This document shows positions 1 to 7,050 of a DNA stretch of 20,000 bases, in pieces. The position numbers and the translations under genes were made by a program. Origin of the DNA: an uncultured virus (IMG/VR IMGVR_UViG_3300034061_005656) (taxonomy: Duplodnaviria > Heunggongvirae > Uroviricota > Caudoviricetes); IMG/VR virus record IMGVR_UViG_3300034061_005656; one strand, 5' to 3'. The notes beneath the pieces were generated by a model that saw nothing but the letters and a program-made list of their open reading frames with translations, ran no database searches and was not told the origin of the DNA. Positions within the stretch are counted from its first letter, which is position 1, and every line of letters starts with the position of its first letter.

Positions 1-43
1 ATTGTTATAATAGTCTCAGCAGCCCATGACGAAAGGACACATA

Positions 44-214
44 ATGGACAAGCCAAACATCACATCCACCTATATTCATCACGCAGATTTTGATGAGCCA
101 GTTCCCTTGAATTACAGAGACCCGATCCATTACGCGATCAGCGTGCTCTGCCTTGAAGGCAAGGCTCCAGAGTTCAAGATTCTGGTGGGCCCCCAAGTCG
201 TGCTCCCGCGCTAA
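44..214 (+). CDS. Hypothetical cassette protein (56 aa)
   Basis: Motif at 1-11; SD GACGAAAGGAC 28-38; ATG 44 (track start at 26 is upstream of the SD). Confidence 0.8.
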   Translation: MDKPNITSTYIHHADFDEPVPLNYRDPIHYAISVLCLEGKAPEFKILVGPQVVLPR

Positions 215-254
215 GCGGGGCACAGCCCAAAACTAAAATTGTTATAATGATCTC

Positions 255-340
255 ACCAGCCAGCCACAAGGGCAGGCCCTAATAAATAGCCGTGAGAGGG
301 CGCTCGGCGGACCTGACCTAAGGTCCAAACAAAATGCCCA
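255..340 (+). ncRNA. Candidate structured small RNA (ORF-less cassette)
   Basis: Lies between motifs 229 and 350 with no SD or ORF. Stems GGGCA(270-274)/TGCCC(335-339), GGACCT(309-314)/AGGTCC(321-326) and GCC..GAG/CTC.GGC (289-308); GCCCT(276-280) is complementary to loop AGGGC(297-301). Confidence 0.45.
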
Positions 341-342
341 AT

Positions 343-750
343 GGAATCAAAAACTAAAGATGTTATAATGAATTTATCAGCCACGATGGCTGGTAACGAC
401 GAAAGGACAAGTCAACATGAACAAGAAATGGTCACTCCTCAAGAGCAGCGACATCGGCCCAATGGGACGCGGTCAGAATGGCAAGAAAAAGGTGTACGAA
501 GTCACCCTTGATGGCCAAACAGTCACCTTCGAATGGGGTATGGCTGAGATGACCCGCCGTCAGCGCCAGGTTCGCACCTTCAGCACCTCACAGGCCGCCA
601 TCAACGCGGCTTACGAAAAAGTGGGCGCAAAGCTGGATCGCGGATACTCGGTCGCCTACGCGGTCTAAGCGGTCAAGGAGCCGGGCCGGCGAGAGCCGGA
701 CCCGGCCCCGCCACTCCGCAAAACTAAAGATGTTATAATGATCTTGTACG
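343..750 (+). repeat. 408-bp exact direct repeat, copy 1 (motif + WGR gene + hairpin + next motif)
   Basis: Read base by base as identical to 3866-4273 (offset 3523). Confidence 0.95.
417..668 (+). CDS. WGR-domain protein (copy 1)
   Basis: Pattern KVYEV..DG..V.FEWG......Q...F.....A......K...K..RGY fits the WGR domain (WGM here); SD GAAAGGAC. Confidence 0.8.
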   Translation: MNKKWSLLKSSDIGPMGRGQNGKKKVYEVTLDGQTVTFEWGMAEMTRRQRQVRTFSTSQAAINAAYEKVGAKLDRGYSVAYAV

Positions 751-769
751 CATGACGAAAGGACAAAAT

Positions 770-1051
770 ATGCACACTACAGAAACACACGCCGTGGAGT
801 TCTTGGTAACAGATTCAATCTGCTACGAAGTAATTCGCCAAACAAACAAAACAATCTCACTGAGAAAATGTTTAAGCGGTGAAAAGGTCAGCGGAGAGTG
901 GCCAGTGGTCTACTCAGCAGCGGTGAGCAACCCAGAAGGAGAAACCATTACATTGCGACTTCGCAAGGATGGGACCTTCCGCAGAGCAAACTGGGCGAAT
1001 CCAATGCGCTTCACAAGCCAGCCAGCCTTCCGCACTGACTACGCCTTCTAA
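770..1051 (+). CDS. Hypothetical cassette protein (93 aa)
   Basis: Motif 720, SD GACGAAAGGAC, ATG 770. Confidence 0.8.
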   Translation: MHTTETHAVEFLVTDSICYEVIRQTNKTISLRKCLSGEKVSGEWPVVYSAAVSNPEGETITLRLRKDGTFRRANWANPMRFTSQPAFRTDYAF

Positions 1052-1142
1052 GGCGTAGCCGGTGGCGGCCGGCGGTGCCGGCAGGAAAACTAAAATTGTT
1101 ATAATGATTCCATGCCCACAAGGGCGAAACGAAAGGACAAAA

Positions 1143-1448
1143 ATGAAGAACGTAACGACTACATGGAAAGCTTTCGGAAAGCCAACGTACTCGGTCATCA
1201 TGATTGAAAACGACATGACAGACCTCGAGATCTGCGAAGAGCTTTTCAAAGCGACCAACATCTACTCTGGCTGGCTGTGGGACGCACTCCAGTACGACAT
1301 CCCTGCGGATCGCACGCACACAGCGTTGTCTGTTGGCGATGAGATCAGCGTCGATGGCACGGTGTATCGCTGCGCCCCAGTCGGCTGGGAAGTTGTCGCA
1401 AAGTACGAAGTTGACAACTTCGCTCTGTCGGAGAAAGACTTCCGATAG
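1143..1448 (+). CDS. YodL-like domain protein (101 aa)
   Basis: Motif 1086, SD, ATG 1143; HTALSVGDEISVDGTVYRCAPVGW resembles the YodL-family (H/R)SLSVSDV..DG..Y.VD..GF motif. Confidence 0.65.
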   Translation: MKNVTTTWKAFGKPTYSVIMIENDMTDLEICEELFKATNIYSGWLWDALQYDIPADRTHTALSVGDEISVDGTVYRCAPVGWEVVAKYEVDNFALSEKDFR

Positions 1449-1490
1449 AAACTAAAGTTGTTATAATAGTAAGTAACGAAAGGACAAAAA

Positions 1491-1739
1491 ATGAAAACAA
1501 TTGAAGAAATGACAGTCGAAATGGAGCCGCGGCTCAATCGCGGTGGAATAAAAGTTCTCACTGTGAAAGCTCTCCTAGAAATTCTTATGGAGTGTGACCC
1601 AGAAGATGACGTGGTGATCGGTGCTCACGCGGTTGGACTCGAGTGGCTAAATGTCTCCTCGGTGACTCTCCCTGATGGAGATGAGTACATCGCTCTCACT
1701 CTCAATGTCGAAGACACTTTCGACCACTGCCAATTCTAA
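1491..1739 (+). CDS. Hypothetical acidic cassette protein (82 aa)
   Basis: Motif 1448, SD ACGAAAGGAC. Confidence 0.8.
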   Translation: MKTIEEMTVEMEPRLNRGGIKVLTVKALLEILMECDPEDDVVIGAHAVGLEWLNVSSVTLPDGDEYIALTLNVEDTFDHCQF

Positions 1740-1791
1740 AAACTAAAATTGTTATAATAATCTTATCAACCTACAACAAAGGACACAAACA

Positions 1792-2025
1792 ATGAACTCA
1801 ACAATCCACATCCCAGGACGACTCACTGCAAAAATTAGCAATGGAAGAATTATTGGATATGTCTTTGATATTGCGGCAAATGACGCCGGATACTTTGGAG
1901 ACGCTTTCAATCTTATTGAAGGTGACGAAATGACAGCAAATGAGTTCTCAGACTTAGTTACGGGTTCACTCATGTTTACTCAAGATCGCAAGTCCGCGTT
2001 CTTCTCGGTTGAGCTGGGCGCATAG
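1792..2025 (+). CDS. Hypothetical cassette protein (77 aa)
   Basis: Motif 1739, SD AAAGGAC. Confidence 0.8.
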   Translation: MNSTIHIPGRLTAKISNGRIIGYVFDIAANDAGYFGDAFNLIEGDEMTANEFSDLVTGSLMFTQDRKSAFFSVELGA

Positions 2026-2083
2026 CTTCTAAAAACTAAAATTGTTATAATAATCTTACCAACCTACAACAAAGGACAACCCA

Positions 2084-2266
2084 ATGACACCTACAAAAGA
2101 ACACAAGGCAATCGTGAATGACATCATCGCATTCGCGAGCGACTTCCCACGCGAGATTGTGGATGAGGTAATTTCAGACTACATCCAGATGCTCAAGGAC
2201 GCCGATGGGCTGAGCAACCTCGATGTGGACGTCATCATCAGCATGCTCTGGGCGCGCGGATACTAA
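2084..2266 (+). CDS. Small helical acidic protein, paralog of 4286-4465
   Basis: Motif 2032, SD AAAGGAC; 18/59 ungapped identities with 4286-4465. Confidence 0.8.
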   Translation: MTPTKEHKAIVNDIIAFASDFPREIVDEVISDYIQMLKDADGLSNLDVDVIISMLWARGY

Positions 2267-2311
2267 ACTAAAGTTGTTATAATAACATTGTCAATTACGA
2301 AAGGACACACA

Positions 2312-2713
2312 ATGACAGTAGATAGAGAGACGCTTCGCGCAATCGCGGACGAACTGACGCCCATCATCGAGGCAACGCTAAAACGACATGGTCTTGACAC
2401 TCCCAAAATGCAGTGGAAGTATGGCGCAATGCTCGAGCTCAAGGCGACTGCGGCCGCGTTGAGCGAAGGCCCCAATGGAATCAACCTCGGCTCAAGAGAA
2501 GCTCAGTACTACACTCGCTTCGGCTTTCCCGGTCTTGACGCAAAACTTGGTACAGTGTTTAGCGTCAAAGGTGAAGAGTTTGCGTTCGCGGGAATTGCTG
2601 CATCACGCAGGAAGTACCCAATTTACGCTAAAAACATTGAAACCGGAGCTTACATTTTCTACACGGAAATGGTGATTCCTACAATCAACGCTGCCGCAAA
2701 AGCGGCAGTGTAA
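2312..2713 (+). CDS. Hypothetical phage protein (133 aa)
   Basis: Motif 2264, SD ACGAAAGGAC, ATG 2312. Confidence 0.8.
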   Translation: MTVDRETLRAIADELTPIIEATLKRHGLDTPKMQWKYGAMLELKATAAALSEGPNGINLGSREAQYYTRFGFPGLDAKLGTVFSVKGEEFAFAGIAASRRKYPIYAKNIETGAYIFYTEMVIPTINAAAKAAV

Positions 2714-2722
2714 GGAGCGGTC

Positions 2723-2938
2723 ATGGGAAATGAAAAAACAATTGACACTTGCTGCGATTTAGTGCAAGATGACCAAGTTGAGTACGCGGTTGACTCGCTC
2801 GGTGAAATAGCGAAAATCCTCAGCCTGGCTGAGAACGCAGACAGCGTGACGGACATGCGTGGGCTCATTGCGGTAGCAATATTCAAGTCAAGCGAAGCCC
2901 GGTCACGGATCAAAAAGATGAGCGAAATGCGTTTCTAA
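2723..2938 (+). CDS. Hypothetical protein (71 aa)
   Basis: SD AAGGAG overlaps the upstream stop; coupled to the next gene (TAATG). Confidence 0.7.
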   Translation: MGNEKTIDTCCDLVQDDQVEYAVDSLGEIAKILSLAENADSVTDMRGLIAVAIFKSSEARSRIKKMSEMRF

Positions 2939-3177
2939 TGAGTCTTGCACACGGATCGAAGAAAGAGTCTCTCGCGAAGACCGCAACCTGGTATCTAAGC
3001 GATTTGTTGCTGACGGGCGTCATAGCGTTCGCTGTAACTCGAGACGTTTCAACTTCTTTGATAATTGCCGGCTTGCAGCAGACGTGGGAAGTTTTGCTCT
3101 ATTACTTTCACGAAAGAGTCTGGGTCAAACTTCAGGCCCGCCGTGGGGCAGAAAATGCAGACGGGTCGGCTTTTTAG
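2938..3177 (+). CDS. DUF2061-like small membrane protein
   Basis: SLAKTATW...hydrophobic segments...LYYFHERVW signature typical of DUF2061. Confidence 0.75.
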   Translation: MSLAHGSKKESLAKTATWYLSDLLLTGVIAFAVTRDVSTSLIIAGLQQTWEVLLYYFHERVWVKLQARRGAENADGSAF

Positions 3178-3305
3178 CTTCAGGCCTGCCATAGGCCTGC
3201 AAGTGCAGACGGGTGCCACTTTCATCCACTGAGGTTCTGAGCATGTTCAGAACCTGAAGTAGGCAGTAAATACCACAAAAGCCTCTTACAAGCTCCTGAG
3301 GTCTC

Positions 3306-3321
3306 AAAAAGCCGGTTTTTT
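3306..3321. terminator. Possible bidirectional terminator AAAAAGCCGGTTTTTT
   Basis: Near-palindrome with A and T tails immediately before motif 3327; the stem is weak. Confidence 0.35.
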
Positions 3322-3352
3322 GTCTAAAAACTAAAATTTATATAATGACGAC

Positions 3353-3415
3353 ATGACAAACGACATGACATGCCCAAAGGAACTGAAAACTAAAGTTGTT
3401 ATAATGACAACATAA
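3353..3415 (+). pseudogene. Truncated cassette stub: 20-codon leaderless ORF reading through the next promoter motif
   Basis: ATG is 7 nt after TATAAT of motif 3327; only about 40 bp separate motifs 3327 and 3386. Confidence 0.4.
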
Positions 3416-3440
3416 CCTACCACAAAGGACAACCTACAAA

Positions 3441-3608
3441 ATGACAAACAAACAAAAAAACTCATCATCTTTTGGATTCTCGGTGCATCTCGAGTTTAGA
3501 AAAGTTACTGGCTCAGTGACGCGGGTTCGGAGACTTCGTCTCGTGCGCTTTAGCTCACTCAGGTTGCCAAGACTGCGCGGCTCCAATGCTGCTACCAGTC
3601 TTGTGTAG
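3441..3608 (+). CDS. Small Arg-rich hypothetical protein (55 aa)
   Basis: Motif 3386, SD AAAGGAC; hand translation MTNKQKNSSSFGFSVHLEFRKVTGSVTRVRRLRLVRF... Confidence 0.55.
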   Translation: MTNKQKNSSSFGFSVHLEFRKVTGSVTRVRRLRLVRFSSLRLPRLRGSNAATSLV

Positions 3609-3679
3609 CAAGAATCTAAAACTAAAGTTGTTATAATGTATTTATCAGCGACCCGCTGGTACCGACGAAAGGACAAAAC

Positions 3680-3844
3680 ATGCTCGGTGGAAAGCCATCA
3701 ACACGACTTCACGAGGTCATCGACACATCGTACCAATACACGATGATTGTTCACACAGGCTCAAAGAGCGCCTGTAACGCCTACTGGCTGAATCAGCCGG
3801 CCAAAAAGCGTCAAGACCTCGAGGTTCGAGTCGCCAAGCGCTAA
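3680..3844 (+). CDS. Hypothetical cassette protein (54 aa)
   Basis: Motif 3618, leader hairpin, SD GACGAAAGGAC; MLGGKPSTRLHEVIDTSYQYTMIVHTGSKSACNAYW... Confidence 0.75.
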   Translation: MLGGKPSTRLHEVIDTSYQYTMIVHTGSKSACNAYWLNQPAKKRQDLEVRVAKR

Positions 3845-3865
3845 CGCGCTTGGGGCTCCGGCCCC

Positions 3866-4273
3866 GGAATCAAAAACTAAAGATGTTATAATGAATTTAT
3901 CAGCCACGATGGCTGGTAACGACGAAAGGACAAGTCAACATGAACAAGAAATGGTCACTCCTCAAGAGCAGCGACATCGGCCCAATGGGACGCGGTCAGA
4001 ATGGCAAGAAAAAGGTGTACGAAGTCACCCTTGATGGCCAAACAGTCACCTTCGAATGGGGTATGGCTGAGATGACCCGCCGTCAGCGCCAGGTTCGCAC
4101 CTTCAGCACCTCACAGGCCGCCATCAACGCGGCTTACGAAAAAGTGGGCGCAAAGCTGGATCGCGGATACTCGGTCGCCTACGCGGTCTAAGCGGTCAAG
4201 GAGCCGGGCCGGCGAGAGCCGGACCCGGCCCCGCCACTCCGCAAAACTAAAGATGTTATAATGATCTTGTACG
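3866..4273 (+). repeat. 408-bp exact direct repeat, copy 2
   Basis: Identical to 343-750. Confidence 0.95.
3940..4191 (+). CDS. WGR-domain protein (copy 2, identical)
   Basis: Identical to 417-668. Confidence 0.8.
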   Translation: MNKKWSLLKSSDIGPMGRGQNGKKKVYEVTLDGQTVTFEWGMAEMTRRQRQVRTFSTSQAAINAAYEKVGAKLDRGYSVAYAV

Positions 4274-4285
4274 GAAGGACACGAA

Positions 4286-4465
4286 ATGAAAACACAGAAG
4301 CAAATACAGCAGATCGCCAAGGACATCTTCGCGGACGCGAGTGAATACCCAGCGGACGTGCGGGACGAGGTTCTCGACGAGCTAATCAACATCTGGCTCC
4401 TCGATGAGGACCTCAGTGCCGGCGAGAAAAGCCAACTGATCATTGCGGTGTCGGCCCGCCGCTAG
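4286..4465 (+). CDS. Small helical acidic protein (59 aa), paralog of 2084-2266
   Basis: Motif 4243, SD GGAAGGAC; MKTQKQIQQIAKDIFADASEYPADVRDEVLDELINIW... Confidence 0.8.
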   Translation: MKTQKQIQQIAKDIFADASEYPADVRDEVLDELINIWLLDEDLSAGEKSQLIIAVSARR

Positions 4466-4512
4466 CGTGCCAGCACCTCGGTGCTGAAAACTAAAATTGT
4501 TATAATGTACTC

Positions 4513-4671
4513 ATGGCGAGTAACAAGAAATCAAAAACAGTGGTGAAGTGGTCAGACGAAGACCATCAAGCTTTTGCGGATCGTAACATCCTCCGCGCTC
4601 AGACGATTCCAAATAAAAAAAGAATCGCGAGTCGCAAGGCGTGTCGCGGTCGAGCGCGAGGAGAGTGGTAG
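4513..4671 (+). CDS. Leaderless small basic protein (52 aa), paralog of 6801-6959
   Basis: ATG 7 nt after TATAAT; MASNKKSKTVVKWSDEDHQAFADRNILRAQTIPNKKRIASRKACRGRARGEW. Confidence 0.85.
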   Translation: MASNKKSKTVVKWSDEDHQAFADRNILRAQTIPNKKRIASRKACRGRARGEW

Positions 4672-4734
4672 TCGCGGTGCCGGCTTGAATGTGCGGCGTA
4701 GCCTGCAGAAAACTAAAGTTGTTATAATGTATTT

Positions 4735-4947
4735 ATGAGCACCGACCAAATCACCACCAAACTTAACATCGACCTTAAATCCGGCTACTACCTCGCCGAC
4801 CGATTTACTGCCGATACAAAACTCGCAATTATCGAACACGACTCGTACATGCGCCTTCTTGCCGTTCTTACGCCTGACCAGCACGCCCACCTTCTCGATC
4901 TTGCCAAAAACGACCAATTCCACGCGATTTCCGGTCACGCTATCTAG
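4735..4947 (+). CDS. Leaderless hypothetical protein (70 aa)
   Basis: ATG 7 nt after TATAAT of motif 4709; no SD. Confidence 0.75.
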   Translation: MSTDQITTKLNIDLKSGYYLADRFTADTKLAIIEHDSYMRLLAVLTPDQHAHLLDLAKNDQFHAISGHAI

Positions 4948-5012
4948 CCGGCCTCAATAAACATAAAACTAAAATTGTTATAATGATCTTATCAGGAAGG
5001 GATAAAATAAAA

Positions 5013-5270
5013 ATGGAAAAAGAGATAGTTAAATTCGAAGTCGACGTGGCGTTCGATGACGAAAGTTTTGAAGAAGTATTAGAGCGTTTGGGTAGAGAAG
5101 TCCCGAATGCGTTTTTGAGAATCGTGCGGCTAGTGGGATCTGGCGGTGGATGGCCAACTATCGAAGTGATGATTCCAAAAAACGAAATTCGTAAATTTGC
5201 GGAATGGTATTGCAAAGACGATGCGGACGAGTTGGAAATCGGATTCTTGGAAGATGCGGTCGCCTTATAG
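5013..5270 (+). CDS. Hypothetical acidic cassette protein (85 aa)
   Basis: Motif 4965, GGAAGGGA SD, ATG 5013; contains GSGGGWP. Confidence 0.8.
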   Translation: MEKEIVKFEVDVAFDDESFEEVLERLGREVPNAFLRIVRLVGSGGGWPTIEVMIPKNEIRKFAEWYCKDDADELEIGFLEDAVAL

Positions 5271-5337
5271 GCGGCTTCATCTTCGGATCGGTAAAAACTA
5301 AAATTGTTATAATGTATTTATCAGGAAGGAATGAAAA

Positions 5338-5511
5338 ATGAGCAAGATGACAGCAGCGGAGCGAAAAGAAGCGAAAGAGTGGGGTGAGGCGTCAGAGCGG
5401 ATCAGAACCCGCGAAGGTTGGAAAACCTATCAAAACGCACGTCTTGCCGGCTCCAGCCATTACGACGCGCTCGATCTCGCATTTCAAGCCGACATCATAG
5501 TGCCGGCTTGA
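5338..5511 (+). CDS. Hypothetical cassette protein (57 aa)
   Basis: Motif 5294, GGAAGGA SD; MSKMTAAERKEAKEWGEASERIRTREGWKTYQNAR... Confidence 0.75.
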   Translation: MSKMTAAERKEAKEWGEASERIRTREGWKTYQNARLAGSSHYDALDLAFQADIIVPA

Positions 5512-5581
5512 AATAAAAACTAAAATTGTTATAATGTATTTATCAGCCGCGGTGGCTGGTACAAAAAGAAAAAAGGACAAA

Positions 5582-5875
5582 ATGAACAAAATCACTTTTA
5601 TGCAGGCAGTCGAATTGATCGATATCGCGGCTCAAGAAAATCGCTTGTGGCACTACAATGGCGGATCAGGTTACGTCCGCGTGAGTGACTCATCGAACGT
5701 TTTGATGGTCATCGAGCACGCTTCGTCGCAAGGTGCGAGCGTTACACTGCACGATGGCACTGAGTACTTCAAGGCGTACAATGGCACGCAGTTTGCGCAG
5801 TCAGAGGCGCATCGCAATCGCGAGTCTCTCGTCGAGTTTTTCTCAACGCGGTTCGTCAACCCTGTGCTGCTATAA
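5582..5875 (+). CDS. Hypothetical cassette protein (97 aa)
   Basis: Motif 5516, leader hairpin, SD AAAGGAC. Confidence 0.8.
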   Translation: MNKITFMQAVELIDIAAQENRLWHYNGGSGYVRVSDSSNVLMVIEHASSQGASVTLHDGTEYFKAYNGTQFAQSEAHRNRESLVEFFSTRFVNPVLL

Positions 5876-5926
5876 AACTAAAATTGTTATAATGTTTTTA
5901 TCAGCTACAAATACAAAGGACACACA

Positions 5927-6235
5927 ATGAATGCAACAATTTCTGACGAACAACTAGCAGTGCGAGATGCGGTCACCGAGCTCATCAGCTTCATGGACTC
6001 AAAGACAAGCCTAGGCACTTACAGACTCGATGGTGGTCGCAAGTACCTTCGCATCGTAAGCACGCTAAGCGTTCACTGCTTCGTGGAGGCTCGTACGGGC
6101 GACGTGTACATGGCAGCTTCATTTGCGAAGCCAATGCTCAATGGCGCACGCTACAATCTCCTGGACGCGGACTCATTCGAAAAGCTGAAAAGCGAGTGGG
6201 ACGAGTTCGGCAGCTACCTCTACAAAAAGAAGTAG
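5927..6235 (+). CDS. Conserved phage hypothetical protein (GRKY..I...SVH.FV...TGDVY.AAS...P...RYNLL family)
   Basis: Motif 5874, SD; the pattern is recognisable as a family seen in large tailed phages, function unknown. Confidence 0.8.
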   Translation: MNATISDEQLAVRDAVTELISFMDSKTSLGTYRLDGGRKYLRIVSTLSVHCFVEARTGDVYMAASFAKPMLNGARYNLLDADSFEKLKSEWDEFGSYLYKKK

Positions 6236-6243
6236 CGCAAGAC

Positions 6244-6330
6244 CTAGACGATTCGTCGTCGTCTAGTGAGGTGCTTGAGCGCTGGGTTCTCCCCTTTCGT
6301 CCCCAGCGCTCGCACCTCTTCAATCTTTTT
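6244..6330 (+). ncRNA. Two-hairpin element; the second hairpin exposes an anti-SD-like loop (candidate antisense RNA/terminator)
   Basis: CTAGACGA/TCGTCTAG (6244-6266); GAGGTGC-tt-GAGCGCTGGG / CCCAGCGCTC-GCACCTC (6268-6318) with loop TTCTCCCCTTTCGTC; T-rich tail. Confidence 0.5.
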
Positions 6331-6362
6331 CAGCAAAAACTAAAATTGTTATAATGGTATTC

Positions 6363-6722
6363 ATGAACACCATCACACTCAAAACCGAAACCCAAACCGA
6401 ACTTATCTTCGAATTCACATTCGACTACGAATACGCGCTCACCACGCCCTTCGGCATCGACGAGCCATCCGACGTCCTCTCGTTCTTCTTCGACGACGAC
6501 ACACATCAAACTGTCACCTACGACCTCACCATTTTCACTGACCCTAACGATTACTACTTCGCGACCGGTCTCACCGAAAACGGCTACGGCTCCGACTGCT
6601 CCGACTACGACAGCATCGACGACATCGCATACACCTTCGGCCACCCGATTATCGACATCGTCACTGCCGAACTTACGCGCCGCAACTTGCCGCTCGTCGC
6701 ATCGCGCAACTGGCCTTCATAA
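6363..6722 (+). CDS. Leaderless, very acidic (Asp/Thr/Phe-rich) protein (119 aa)
   Basis: ATG 8 nt after TATAAT of motif 6336; strong C-ending codon bias. Confidence 0.8.
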   Translation: MNTITLKTETQTELIFEFTFDYEYALTTPFGIDEPSDVLSFFFDDDTHQTVTYDLTIFTDPNDYYFATGLTENGYGSDCSDYDSIDDIAYTFGHPIIDIVTAELTRRNLPLVASRNWPS

Positions 6723-6800
6723 ACACGCCGCTCTGCCGGCTGGCCTCGCGCCAGCCGGTCACAGCTCAACCCGCAAAACTAAAATTGTTATAATGTTCTT

Positions 6801-6959
6801 ATGAGCACGAACACCAAAAAACAAAAAACAAAAAACACATGGTCCGCCGCCGATCATCAGGCTTTCGCCGATCGCAACATTCTTCGGGCCCAAACAATTC
6901 CGAACAAAAAACGCATCGCGTCTCGCAACGCCTGCCGCGGCCGAGTCGCCTTCAACTAG
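6801..6959 (+). CDS. Leaderless small basic protein (52 aa), paralog of 4513-4671
   Basis: ATG 7 nt after TATAAT; MSTNTKKQKTKNTWSAADHQAFADRNILRAQTIPNKKRIASRNACRGRVAFN. Confidence 0.85.
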   Translation: MSTNTKKQKTKNTWSAADHQAFADRNILRAQTIPNKKRIASRNACRGRVAFN

Positions 6960-7050
6960 CACTCCGTCTGGCTGCGCCGGCCACAAGCCGGCCAGCCGGC
7001 AAAACTAAAAATGTTATAATGACTTTATACCAATGACGAAAGGAAACCAA

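Noticed and set aside
255..340. Pistol/twister/hammerhead ribozyme assignment (AATAAATAG linker, pseudoknot potential)
   Set aside because: The required helices and catalytic core nucleotides could not be placed; kept only as an unclassified RNA candidate.
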